Source: an uncultured delta proteobacterium (lineage in GTDB: Bacteria > Desulfobacterota > BSN033 > UBA1163). Taken from it: DNA of 64,000 nt. The notes below the pieces were generated by a model. That model worked only from the letters and a program-made list of their open reading frames with translations. It did not search any database and was not told the DNA's origin. Below are positions 10,328-20,473 of the stretch, in pieces; the stretch's first letter is position 1, and every line of letters starts with the position of its first letter. The translations under genes and the position numbers were made by a program. The stretch lies in contig CAWHBU010000004.1 in NCBI GenBank assembly GCA_963827685.1, positions 512,001 through 576,000 on the forward strand, written 5' to 3'.

Positions 10328-10731
10328 GAACCTCTCCGGGAAGCACAAATTTTCAGGCGCTTCCATTTTTCAGTCCAGAACTCCAACCTTTCTGAATGGC
10401 CTGAGGATGCTTCATCATTCTACGGGGGATGGAAAAGCAGCCTGCTCCCAACTTCTTGAAGCTTGTCAATTATCTCCCTTTTGTATCATAATTCTATCAG
10501 AAGGGCGTTCTCGGCGTTGTTTGGAATGGATTGGAAGGTTATTATGGCCATTAATGATCGAATTGACATCCACCCTAATGGCTGTATTTGTTTTTTATTT
10601 GACGGATATCGAGATCAAGAATTTGAAAAAAGTGTTCAGGGAAAGCAGGACCGACAGGATTAAAGCACATCAGAAGGGTTATTGATAAATATTTAGAAAA
10701 ATCCAAAGAGAATGAAAGGGGAGGAGAAGAG

Positions 10732-11490
10732 ATGGAAAGAAAGAAAATCATCTATTTATTTCTCTTGGTTGCTCTTGCTCTCGTTTTTTCTTCATGCCAC
10801 CCTCGTCATGTTTCAGACGTTAAACCTAACATGACGAAAGAAGAAGTGGCCTCCTTGTGGGGGAAAACACCCCTGATCACCTATGGAACGATTAATGGGA
10901 AATCTGTTGAAACCTGGGAATATCATTTTTCAAACTCCGATTCTATCTGCCGGGTTACTTTTTCTCAAGATAGAGTCGTGTCTACCCAATGTCATCCTCT
11001 GCGAGCTGGAACGTACTGGTCTTATTCACAGCCAGGGCAGAACAAAGCGGGACCTCCTCCAAGTGAACGGAGTGTGGTACGGGAGGGCTATTTTGCAATG
11101 GAGCTAGCTGAGGTGCTGAACACAGGAGAGGTTAAAAGCGAGGCGGAAGCCGAGAGCAGGTTGGCTTCGGTAGGTATTGCACCCAAGAACGGATGGATCG
11201 CAGATTATCCCTTGACGCCCGATGTTATCGGAGAGCTGCGAAATGCCGTGGGTGAAGCCGCGGATTCGGGCAAGATAGCGATGAACCGGGAGGAGGCCAT
11301 CAGGGCGTTTCAGGATCTGATGACAAGTATCGAAAGTCAGGATGCCGGAGTTGAACCGCCTCCTGGTATCCAACCCTATCCTGAGCCATATTATTACCCT
11401 GGGTTCTATTATTACCCCTACTTCCCCTATCCATACTACTTCGGTGGTTATTATCGTTTCCACCACCCCTATCGCCGTCATTGGAGGTAG
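10732..11490 (+). CDS. Hypothetical lipoprotein (BamE/SmpA-like N-terminus, Pro/Tyr-rich tail)
   Basis: Lipobox-like FSSC; MTKEEV..LWG.P...ETWEY motif; GGAGG RBS. Confidence 0.75.
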   Translation: MERKKIIYLFLLVALALVFSSCHPRHVSDVKPNMTKEEVASLWGKTPLITYGTINGKSVETWEYHFSNSDSICRVTFSQDRVVSTQCHPLRAGTYWSYSQPGQNKAGPPPSERSVVREGYFAMELAEVLNTGEVKSEAEAESRLASVGIAPKNGWIADYPLTPDVIGELRNAVGEAADSGKIAMNREEAIRAFQDLMTSIESQDAGVEPPPGIQPYPEPYYYPGFYYYPYFPYPYYFGGYYRFHHPYRRHWR

Positions 11491-11842
11491 CAAATGGCTC
11501 GGCCTTTTTTGTGCGAATTTTAGAGGGCTTCGTAGAAGGCTTCGCGGTCAGGTCTTGCAATATTACATCTATGAGTGGTTGTCATCCATAAAAAAGTTGA
11601 CCATTCCAAATTCGGAATGCTGATTGCGGAATGCGGAATTTATGCTGAGTGGCGATTTCAGATTGCAAATTCCGGATTGCAGATTGAAGTGCTGCATTGC
11701 GGATTGCGGAATGCGGATTTAATGAAGAAACAATTGAATGGGTGATTGGGTAAATCGTTGAGTCGTAGAGTTAATGAGTCGTTGAGTAGTAGTTGACGGA
11801 ATGAGGTGAGGTTCGTTTGGGAGACAATTTGGAGTTAAAGCA

Positions 11843-13126
11843 ATGAGGGTCCTTCTCATTTCCGCCAACACGGAAAAGATAAATATGCCCACCTTGCCCC
11901 TCGGTCTGGCGTGTGTGGCCGCTGCCACCCAAAGAGCAGGGCATGAGGTGGCCATGGTGGATTTGATGACCGAAAAGGATGCGCCGTCGGTCCTCAAAAG
12001 GGCTATCGAAGGATTTCATCCTGATCTGATCGGGCTATCTGTGAGGAACATTGATGACCAGAATATGGAACATCCCAGATTCTTATTGGATCCGGTTAAA
12101 GAAATCGTAGCGGGTTGTCGAAGTCTTTCAGGAGCCACGATTGTTTTGGGTGGAGCGGGATACAGTGTATTCCCGGAAGGCGCCCTGTCCTTTTTAGGTG
12201 CAGATATGGGAATTCAAGGTGAGGGAGAAGTGGTTTTTCCGGACTTGATAGAGCGGATAGAGCGGGGTGCCAGCCTTCTGGGATTGCCGGGTCTTTATCT
12301 GCCCGGTCGGAGCCATCCGTGTAAAAGAATGTTTGAGAAAAATTTGGATAGACTGCCCCTTCCTAATGCCGACCTTTGGCCAGCACCCTCTCAAAAAGAG
12401 AAAGTCTGGATGCCAGTTCAGACAAGACGTGGATGTCCTTTGAACTGTAGTTATTGTAGCACCGGGGTCATTGAGGGTCGGATGGTCCGTAGACATTCTC
12501 CAGAAACTATTGTCAAGTGGATTGCTCGGTGGCGGAAAGCTGGGGTTGATCAGTTCTACTTCGTCGATAATACCTTCAACCTCCCGGCCTCCTATGCCAA
12601 GGAAGTCTGCCGTAAGCTCATCGATCGAGACCTGAATATCAGATGGTGGAGCATCCTTTACCCTATGCATGCAGATAAAGAACTGGCAGCGTATATGGCC
12701 AGAGCCGGCTGCGAGCAAGTGAGTATGGGATTTGAAAGTGGCTCTGAACGAATCCTGAAGAATATGAACAAAAGATTTCACCTTAAAGAGGTGCGACAAA
12801 TCTCAGAGATATTATCTGAGCAAGGGATAAGGCAAATGGGATTTTTATTACTTGGAAGTCCAGGTGAAACAAGGAAGTCCGTTGAAGAAAGCCTTGCTTT
12901 TGCTGACTCCCTTAAATTGGACACCTTGAAAATTACTGCAGGCGTTCGGATTTATCCGCATACCGTTCTGGCAAAGAAGGCCGTAAAGGAGGGCATGATT
13001 GCTTCTCACGATGAGCTACTTTTCCCCCAATTTTACCTGGCAAGAGACCTTGAGAATTGGTTGCCTGATATGTTGAAAAATTGGGCAATGGCAAGACCTC
13101 ATTGGATGATTCCAGATTACAGTTGA
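11843..13126 (+). CDS. B12-binding domain radical SAM protein
   Basis: PLGLA..A B12 domain; TRRGCPLNCSYC CxxxCxxC; FVDNTFN; GFESGS. Confidence 0.92.
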   Translation: MRVLLISANTEKINMPTLPLGLACVAAATQRAGHEVAMVDLMTEKDAPSVLKRAIEGFHPDLIGLSVRNIDDQNMEHPRFLLDPVKEIVAGCRSLSGATIVLGGAGYSVFPEGALSFLGADMGIQGEGEVVFPDLIERIERGASLLGLPGLYLPGRSHPCKRMFEKNLDRLPLPNADLWPAPSQKEKVWMPVQTRRGCPLNCSYCSTGVIEGRMVRRHSPETIVKWIARWRKAGVDQFYFVDNTFNLPASYAKEVCRKLIDRDLNIRWWSILYPMHADKELAAYMARAGCEQVSMGFESGSERILKNMNKRFHLKEVRQISEILSEQGIRQMGFLLLGSPGETRKSVEESLAFADSLKLDTLKITAGVRIYPHTVLAKKAVKEGMIASHDELLFPQFYLARDLENWLPDMLKNWAMARPHWMIPDYS

Positions 13127-13179
13127 CGTATCAAATTCTGATGATTGTGTTATTGAGAAAAACAGGTATCCATTCTTAA

Positions 13180-14800
13180 CGGGCTGTTGCCCAAATGATG
13201 CTTGCAACGATTATACATTCGAGCTATAAGCATGGCAAGACAAATCAGGAATGGAGATTTTGCCATGATGGGACAACAGACAGGAATTCAGCCGAAGATC
13301 TTCTATCATCATATGAACCTGGAACAAAGGATTCCCCGGACACACCTTCTGAGAAGGATTCAAGAGCAGATTGACTTTAACTTCATCTATGCAGAGGTCA
13401 GAGACACCTATGGGGGCAACGGGAATGTGTCCATTCCCCCTCCTGTAATCCTGAAGATGATGTTGCTGTTAGTTCTTTACAATGTTCGATCGGAACGAGA
13501 GTTAATGGAAACGATCCCCATGCGTTTAGACTGGCTATGGTTTTTAGGGTACGACATAGACAGTGAGGTGCCGGATCACAGTGTTTTGAGTAAAGCCAGG
13601 GCGCGGTGGGGAGTGGAAGCGTTTAGGGGATTTTTTGAGCGAATGGTGTGGCAATGTGTGGAGGCGGGGTTAGTGGACGGCAGAAAGATCTTTGTGGATT
13701 CGAGCTTGGTGGATGCGGATGCATCGAACAACTCCGTGATCGACACGCGATCGTTGAAGGTTCAACTCCAGGAGGGCTACAAGAAGCTGGAAGCACGATT
13801 AGAGGAAAAGAGCGAGAGCACGGATTCCTCCAGGAGATACGTTAAAGAGAACAGCCGATACATTTCAACGACCGATCCGGATGCATCGATAGTGAATCGT
13901 GGCAAGCCCAAACTCTCCTATCAGGTTCATCGGGCAGTGGATGAGCGGAGTGAAGTGATCACGGCGATCGAAACGACAACAGGAGATGTCAATGAAGCGC
14001 ATGAGATGATTCCTCTGATAGAGAGCCACCATTTAAATACAGGGGTCAAGGCGGATACGGTGGTGGCCGACAGCAAATACGGGACGATCGAGAACTTTTT
14101 GGCGTGTCATGATAGAGGGGTAGAGGCTCACATGCCGGATTTGAGGGAAATCTCATTGAAGCGTACAGAAAAGCAGAATATCTTTGGGGAAGAGCGGTTT
14201 GAGTATGATCGGGAGAGTGACACCTATCTTTGTCCAGCTGGGCATCGGTTGAAGCCTAGGTCATTACATATGAGTCGGCAAAGTAGAGATTACGCTGCGC
14301 CCAAGAAGATTTGTGCGGTATGTGACTTAAGAGAGCAGTGTACTAGAAACAGATCAGGTCGGACAATTAAGCGACATCTGAGGCAGGAAGATCTAGACAG
14401 GATGCGAGAGGCGAGTCGATCGGCCAAAGCGAAGCGGGATATCAAAGTGAGGCAGCATTTGATGGAGCGTTCCTATGCCAGAGGGACGCGGTATGGATAT
14501 GACCGGGCACGATGGAGAGGGCTTTGGCGGGTGCAGATACAGGAATACCTGATCTCTGCTGTCCAGAACATTGAGGTTTTGCTGAGGTATGGATCTTACC
14601 TAAAGAGAAGTCCATCGGTAATGATGGAGCAGATCAAAGGGGCTGTGACAAGGGAGATAAGGTCTTTTTCAGATTTTAAGGAGCTGATGAGCTTTAAAAT
14701 TGGCCGAATGGTGCTATTTGGTTTTACTTACCCTCGGCTATCATTCATGGAAACTCAAACTGTCAGATATTTTTGAATTGGGCTTTTGAGCAACAGCCCG
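13180..14800 (+). mobile_element. IS1182-family insertion sequence
   Basis: IRL CGGGCTGTTGCCCAAA (13180) and IRR TTTGAGCAACAGCCCG (ends 14800), 15/16 match; flanked by TTAA on both sides (probable 4-bp TSD). Confidence 0.9.
13265..14776 (+). CDS. IS1182-family DDE transposase
   Basis: DUF772-like PP..LKM....YN.RSER.L, PDHS.LS..R; DSS, ADSKYG, CPAGH, C..C.LR.QC; start placed after GGAG. Confidence 0.92.
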   Translation: MMGQQTGIQPKIFYHHMNLEQRIPRTHLLRRIQEQIDFNFIYAEVRDTYGGNGNVSIPPPVILKMMLLLVLYNVRSERELMETIPMRLDWLWFLGYDIDSEVPDHSVLSKARARWGVEAFRGFFERMVWQCVEAGLVDGRKIFVDSSLVDADASNNSVIDTRSLKVQLQEGYKKLEARLEEKSESTDSSRRYVKENSRYISTTDPDASIVNRGKPKLSYQVHRAVDERSEVITAIETTTGDVNEAHEMIPLIESHHLNTGVKADTVVADSKYGTIENFLACHDRGVEAHMPDLREISLKRTEKQNIFGEERFEYDRESDTYLCPAGHRLKPRSLHMSRQSRDYAAPKKICAVCDLREQCTRNRSGRTIKRHLRQEDLDRMREASRSAKAKRDIKVRQHLMERSYARGTRYGYDRARWRGLWRVQIQEYLISAVQNIEVLLRYGSYLKRSPSVMMEQIKGAVTREIRSFSDFKELMSFKIGRMVLFGFTYPRLSFMETQTVRYF

Positions 14801-15074
14801 TTAACATGAGACACGGGAAAAACGGTGCCCTCCACAAAAACTTAGCCCGCTCAAATGCGCGCATAGCGAAGAGCGCAAGGCGCATCGCGTACAGAACATT
14901 ATTCAAGAATCAAACCGCACGGCGCATGGCGCAAAGCGGGCAGAAGGGAGATTGGGAATCAAAGCACCATTTCATAAGACCAACACCATGATGGATGAAG
15001 GTGCGTATTTGATGAGAGGGTGGATGAATGCACTTAAATCACATCGATGATTTATTAAAAGAAAGGAGGATGTT

Positions 15075-15530
15075 ATGCTTGCAAGAGGGAAGAAAGGAGT
15101 TGCTGTTGGAGTTGGGTTTTTGGCTTTTTTTGTTTTCTGGAGTCTTCCTGTTGTTCATTTGGTGGCAGCAGACCCTATCGTGGGTGAATGGAACTATACC
15201 ACGTCCAATCATTGGGTAAAAGGCATTCCTCCAGCAGGTAAACCAAGCAAGGGGATCCTTGTCATTACTCAAAGTGGTGATCAGTTTAAAATGGAATTTA
15301 AGTCAGGTATGGTTTTTAATCCTCCGGAATTAAAGTATTTTACGGGCAAGAAAAAAGGTGAGGATTATATTTTTTCAAATAGTGCGACGGTGGATAATGA
15401 AGGAGGAGTTGCTAAAAATAGCTGTAACCTGAAAATGATAAGCAACAACCATTTCAAGGGGAAATCATATTCGGAGTATCGTCACAGAATGACGTTTGAT
15501 TGGGGATTTGATATTGAATTAAAGAGATAG
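15075..15530 (+). CDS. Hypothetical secreted protein
   Basis: AGGAGG RBS, signal peptide, beta-rich mature part. Confidence 0.7.
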   Translation: MLARGKKGVAVGVGFLAFFVFWSLPVVHLVAADPIVGEWNYTTSNHWVKGIPPAGKPSKGILVITQSGDQFKMEFKSGMVFNPPELKYFTGKKKGEDYIFSNSATVDNEGGVAKNSCNLKMISNNHFKGKSYSEYRHRMTFDWGFDIELKR

Positions 15531-15689
15531 GATGGCCCGAGGGTGGAGAGGAGAGAGCAGAAGGTGGATAAGAACTTAAGAAGTTCAGAGTAAGAGACAA
15601 GCCGAAAGCTGATACCTGAGGACTGAGAAGCGAAGGGTAAACAATTCTATTGCAGAATTCAGAAACCGCCTGCCATGAGAGGAGGTGCA

Positions 15690-15809
15690 ATGACAATGGA
15701 AGACCTTGTCACCTGGCTTTGTAATATTGAAGACCTTGCCTGCAATTTCCATAAACGGGATGTCATCAATATCTATTCCCTGGAAGGAAGGATAAAAAGA
15801 AATGTTTGA
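15690..15809 (+). pseudogene. Short ORF / probable N-terminal gene remnant (MTMEDLVTWLCNIEDLACNFH...)
   Basis: Strong AGGAGGTG RBS, 39 codons, overlaps next start. Confidence 0.35.
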
Positions 15810-16260
15810 AACTGCTATTGATATCCTGCGTGCTGCGATTGTAGGGGCGATATTTTTATATTTGAGGTCGATGCGGGGAAAAGAGAGTTTCCACTTTGGA
15901 AAGGGCTGGATTTTAATAATGATTGGCTTTGGACTCCTCTTCTTTGGTGCGGTTTTGGATATCACCGATAGTTTTCCCAGTTTAAACAAATATGTCATCA
16001 TCGGTAAAACGAAATATGAGGCGTTTCTAATGGAGGTGGTCGGGTACCTTTTTGGTTTTGTCTTTGTTGCCATAGGCTTCTGGAAGTGGATACCTGCTAT
16101 TATCGCCCTCAGAAAAGAGAAGATGGAATTGGGCAGGACCCGTGAGGAGCTGGAATTGAAAGTTGAAAAACTCACAGTTGAACTCAATGCGGTTCGCGCA
16201 CAGCTTGAACAGAGTAAAACTCGGTTACATGAAGTTTGCGCCTCCTTGCAAGAGGGCTGA
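15802..16260 (+). CDS. Hypothetical membrane protein (3 TM plus coiled coil; sensor-like N-terminus)
   Basis: Hydrophobic helices followed by heptad-rich ELELKVEKLT.EL segment. Confidence 0.7.
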   Translation: MFETAIDILRAAIVGAIFLYLRSMRGKESFHFGKGWILIMIGFGLLFFGAVLDITDSFPSLNKYVIIGKTKYEAFLMEVVGYLFGFVFVAIGFWKWIPAIIALRKEKMELGRTREELELKVEKLTVELNAVRAQLEQSKTRLHEVCASLQEG

Positions 16261-16486
16261 ATAAAAAGATGGGGGGATGCGGGAGATAATGCAGTGGGGA
16301 AATAAGGGGATGCGATGACGGGGAGATGACAGAGTTTGAGAATTAAGAATGGAGGGATTAAGGGATTGAGGAATTCAATGGCGGAGTGAGGCATGCTGAA
16401 TTCAAAAGGTCAGAAGGTCAAGGGGTAAACTTTGAGATTGAGATATTGGGTCCTCCATAACAAGTTGGCCGTCCCGCGGCTGTCAT

Positions 16487-17773
16487 CTATTGAGGATCTC
16501 CAGTTGATTCCTCTTTGACCTCCGAAATCGTAGGGGCTGAAGGTTCGGAAAGATCCCGGACCTTTCCGTGCTCGTCACTCACCATAGGGCATAATGGATA
16601 TCCGGCATGCGTCTCAATAATTATTCCACAACTCCCATCCGAGAGGACAACCCGCCGCCCAGGAGCCAATACATTCAACAATAATAGAAACCTGGAGACA
16701 TATTCCTTGTGAAGTCTTCCGGACAAGGCATCCTTGATCAGAATCGTTGTGGCTTTGGCCACGGTCAAAGCCGGCCGATAGGGGCGAACGGTGCGAAGGG
16801 CATCGTAGACATCGGCAACGGCTACCAGAAGGCTCGCAAAATGCAGCGTGTATTGCGGTAGGTTCTTCGGAACTTTCGGATATCCAGATTGATTGGCCCC
16901 CATGTGGTGCTGGTAGGCCACTACCGGGAGGAGCGGGTTCGACGATTCCACACCCGGGATATCGAGGAGGAGCCGTGCGCCACAGAAGGGATGTTTCTCC
17001 ATGAGGAGCCACTCATTCGGTTCGAGAGGACCGTTGCGGTTCAGGATCTCTTTAGGAACCTCCTTCTTCCCGAGATCGTGGCACAGAGCGGCCATGGCGA
17101 TCGCGTTGACCATCTCGTCGGAAACCTGGAGTGCTTGTGCCAGGGCCGACGAAAGAACGCAGACATTGAGGGCGTGGGTAAAGGTGTAGTCATCAAAGTC
17201 CTTCATTTCACGGATGGGCTCAAAAAGTTCTCTGCCAACGGCGAGACGGGCCACAATTGCGCACACGACCTCGCGAGCCCGAACGAGACCTTCGGGCTTT
17301 TTGGATTCAAGATCGGAAAGGACTTCCTGAGCCTCAGCAAGAAATCCCATATATCCCGTAACAGCCCGGGTGATGACCGAATCGGGTTCCACCCGTCTTT
17401 CCAGTTTAAGGGAGCCGGCAACAATTTTCGAACTTCGGTAGGGTATCCGACTCTTGGAGATAACATTTTCAATCCAGGCTGTCAGATCGTCCTCACCCGT
17501 ATCGGCCTCGATTTGAACGCTCTCGAATCCGAGTTGCTGGAGTGATTGAAAGAGAGCGCGAAAGGACACAGGAAGGGTTTCTATCTTCCGGTCCTCGACA
17601 ATCGTATCATTTCCGAGGAAAGTGATCCTCACAGGCCGTCCCCATTGCGCAAGCTTCTGGGAAGCTTGCCGAGCCGATTGGAGAACCTGCTTGGTCCCTG
17701 AAGGGTAGATTCGTCGCACCCGAAAGAGAGCTCCAAGAGCGTGAAGAAAATAGTCAAGGGCATTCTGGGCCAT
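16487..17773 (-). CDS. HD-GYP domain c-di-GMP phosphodiesterase
   Basis: YTFTH..NV, HDLGK, HH....GYP, VADVYDAL...RPYR. Confidence 0.9.
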   Translation of the reverse strand: MAQNALDYFLHALGALFRVRRIYPSGTKQVLQSARQASQKLAQWGRPVRITFLGNDTIVEDRKIETLPVSFRALFQSLQQLGFESVQIEADTGEDDLTAWIENVISKSRIPYRSSKIVAGSLKLERRVEPDSVITRAVTGYMGFLAEAQEVLSDLESKKPEGLVRAREVVCAIVARLAVGRELFEPIREMKDFDDYTFTHALNVCVLSSALAQALQVSDEMVNAIAMAALCHDLGKKEVPKEILNRNGPLEPNEWLLMEKHPFCGARLLLDIPGVESSNPLLPVVAYQHHMGANQSGYPKVPKNLPQYTLHFASLLVAVADVYDALRTVRPYRPALTVAKATTILIKDALSGRLHKEYVSRFLLLLNVLAPGRRVVLSDGSCGIIIETHAGYPLCPMVSDEHGKVRDLSEPSAPTISEVKEESTGDPQ

Positions 17774-19580
17774 TGCTTTTCTCCTTTTTTCCGAGATCCC
17801 GGAGGCTCTGCTCGGTCTGTGATCTTCTTTCCTGTTCCCTCTGCGGGTTAGAGAGCGAGGTCTGAACTCTCTTCAAAGCCTTGAGGGCTTCCCTTACGAC
17901 CTTTGGATGGTGATGGTTTGAAAGAACCTGGAGGGTCGGAAGACCCTGGGGGAGCCCTTGCTGTCCAAGAACGATGGCGAGATTACGGGCTACATACCAA
18001 GGGCTGGTGCGGGACTTCGTCACAAATGTTGGCGTTGCGGCCGAAGAGAAGCAGGAGAGGAGGCCTACGAGAAAATGGCGCGTAGAGATCTTTTTTTCTT
18101 CCGCGAGCGCCTTTAGCGCTGTGTCGAGGAGACACCTTTCGTGGTTCACGGCGAAGGTGACCAGTGCCTGCTGTTCTGCGAACGACGTTTTGGCAAGGCC
18201 CGAGAGGCCCTTTTGAAACAAATCCTTAACAAAAAAAGGGACAGAATCGAGCAGACCCGGGAATGTTCGATCCACAAGCTTGACGAATCCGAGGACACGG
18301 AATGGGCCAAGTTGCTCCGCCCGGAGCCTGATGCGGTCGAGGAGCCTTTTCCTAAAATCCTCTTCTTCCCCCAGAGCCAATGCCAGGATCAACTGGTCCA
18401 GGTATTCATCAGGTTCCTCGTGCAAAATCAGCGAGTCCTCCCCGGGGCCCGTCGAGGCAGAAGGATTCATCAGGAATTCGAGCGAGTCGGAGTACTCCGT
18501 ATCCATAAAAGGGTTTTCCGTCAAATTGATAATAAAGTCCTCTATCGTCTTCCACACCTCCGCTGCAAAGCCCCCGTCTTTCCCGGGAGAAAGCCTGGAC
18601 CTGACCAATGAAAGAAGTTCATCGGTTTTGGTGAGCGGGGCAAAACGGCGGTATACCTCTACAAACCTTCGAGTCCCTTGGTTACCCATCGCAGCGAGGC
18701 CTGCGAGTAGATCGACAAATCGTTCTCCATCAATCTCCCTCAGAAGAGAGCTCTTTCCAGGCCCCAATCGCTTGGACTCTCCTTCATGTCCCACAATACG
18801 CACGAGATCCCTGGCAGAGACGCACTTTCCCATTTGAGCCAGGTAGTCAAGGATGTCTTCGCGCTGTCTATTCGGGAGAAGGGACAAGGCATCCTCCAGA
18901 CGCTCTCCCAACATCAGCAGCAAACTCGAGAACCCTTCTGAATCGCCATGCCCCGATTCCGTCCATTCGTTCTTGGCGGCTTCCCAGAATTCGTCGGAGG
19001 CGAGGGCTGAGGCAAGCTGTTCAGGGGGTGCTTCGTGACTCATCAAAGCGAGCCAGGCATAACGACGCCTTTGTTCCGGGTTGTCCTCGGAATCTTTAAC
19101 CGTATTCGTGATCCCGCTATGGATCTCATCGAGCTTGAGGGGTTCAACGTCAATGGCGAAGACTTCGGAGCGGAGCTTTCGTCGCAGTTCATCCCCTTCC
19201 AACCTGGGAACGGACATCACTTTGGCGAAAGTCCAGACATCCTCGAGGGTCGCATCTTTCGTCCAGGATATTTTGAGCACTTTTCGCGCGTGAAGCATCG
19301 AAGCGAGACCACTCGCCTTTCCGGCGACAAATTCTCCCGACACGACCAGTTCCTTGGAGGTGATGCCAATCATGAGAGAGCCTTGGGAATCGAGGGGGGC
19401 AGAGTTAAGAGCGTTCTTAGCGACTTCCAGAAGGGTCGGATGCTTGGCCGGGTAAACGCGTACGCCGCGGATGAGGTGCAACAGGTTCAAAGCGAATGCC
19501 TCAACCTTTTTGGAGAGCAAAGAGACTTCTCTATTTTTCGGTCCAGCCATGGCGTCCATAGAAGAGACCGTAGTCCGCAT
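17754..19580 (-). CDS. HEAT-repeat-containing protein (partner of HD-GYP gene)
   Basis: N-terminal YP..HP; C-terminal WYVARNLA..LG ... H..PKV.REAL HEAT motifs; overlaps HD-GYP start. Confidence 0.8.
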   Translation of the reverse strand: MRTTVSSMDAMAGPKNREVSLLSKKVEAFALNLLHLIRGVRVYPAKHPTLLEVAKNALNSAPLDSQGSLMIGITSKELVVSGEFVAGKASGLASMLHARKVLKISWTKDATLEDVWTFAKVMSVPRLEGDELRRKLRSEVFAIDVEPLKLDEIHSGITNTVKDSEDNPEQRRRYAWLALMSHEAPPEQLASALASDEFWEAAKNEWTESGHGDSEGFSSLLLMLGERLEDALSLLPNRQREDILDYLAQMGKCVSARDLVRIVGHEGESKRLGPGKSSLLREIDGERFVDLLAGLAAMGNQGTRRFVEVYRRFAPLTKTDELLSLVRSRLSPGKDGGFAAEVWKTIEDFIINLTENPFMDTEYSDSLEFLMNPSASTGPGEDSLILHEEPDEYLDQLILALALGEEEDFRKRLLDRIRLRAEQLGPFRVLGFVKLVDRTFPGLLDSVPFFVKDLFQKGLSGLAKTSFAEQQALVTFAVNHERCLLDTALKALAEEKKISTRHFLVGLLSCFSSAATPTFVTKSRTSPWYVARNLAIVLGQQGLPQGLPTLQVLSNHHHPKVVREALKALKRVQTSLSNPQREQERRSQTEQSLRDLGKKEKSNGPECP

Positions 19581-20056
19581 GAATCATCGTACCGTCTATG
19601 CAGATGTGCGGAATGCGAACTTGTCTGCAATGTCTGACTAAGCAAGTTCAATGCCAGAGTGGGAGAAACCGCTCAAGTCTTTGTATCAATAGGGTATATT
19701 CAATCTGTACCCTTATCTCTAGAACCGGGGGGTGACCTTTTTTGTCGCCAAGAACGCCTCAGAGGTGGGTTTGGCGATGCCCAAAAAGACTGCAGAGGGC
19801 AGGGCGAACAGCATAAATGCATAAACCGCTTTCCTTTCTTCACCCTCCGTACAACCTTATTCGCTGCTTCTTCTCTCTTCGTGATCTCTAATTTTCCCAT
19901 TGTTTCAAATGATGGGCCTGGGACGAAATCAACAACGTGAGTTACATTCTGTGCTCCGAAGCCGGTCTTTTTTGACAAGGAACTCCGTTTCTCTTATATT
20001 CCACCTAAGCCAAAGCGAGTTCCTACCATTTTTTGATTGGGTTTGAGGAGGTTATA

Positions 20057-20416
20057 ATGAGAGTTGTCAAAATCAGTGAAATAAAAAAGGAATCACTCAG
20101 CGGCCCCCTTTTTACCGCCCCGGATGTGACGAGACAGGTCCTTTTGCCGGACAGTAAAGAGTTCAGCACCAATGTTGTAAACTTCGGGAAAGGGGTTCGC
20201 AACAAATTTCACGCCCACGACAGCGAACAAATCCTGGTGGTCACTTTCGGAAAAGGGATGATTGCCACAGAAACCGAGGAGAAAGTGATTGCCCCGGGAG
20301 ATGTTGTGATTATTCCCGCCGGCAAGAAACACTGGCACGGTTCGACCAAAGACTCGGAGTTCTCGCACATTTATGTGTCTCGTTTGGGAAGTAAGTTAAC
20401 TCAATTGGAAGAATGA
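20057..20416 (+). CDS. Cupin domain protein
   Basis: GAGGAGG RBS; H.H..EQIL.V..G.G and PGDVV.IPAG..HWHG cupin motifs. Confidence 0.9.
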   Translation: MRVVKISEIKKESLSGPLFTAPDVTRQVLLPDSKEFSTNVVNFGKGVRNKFHAHDSEQILVVTFGKGMIATETEEKVIAPGDVVIIPAGKKHWHGSTKDSEFSHIYVSRLGSKLTQLEE

Positions 20417-20473
20417 AATCCGGAGCCGGTCATAAAAAGTTGGTCCTCTTCAAACAGGAGAAAGGGGGCATGC

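Noticed and set aside
10326-10685. 119-aa ORF before the lipoprotein gene
   Set aside because: Starts inside a MITE, has no RBS or recognisable family; at most a decayed fragment.
15585-16394. 269-aa minus-strand ORF
   Set aside because: Antisense shadow of the + strand membrane gene and flanking repeats; no motifs.
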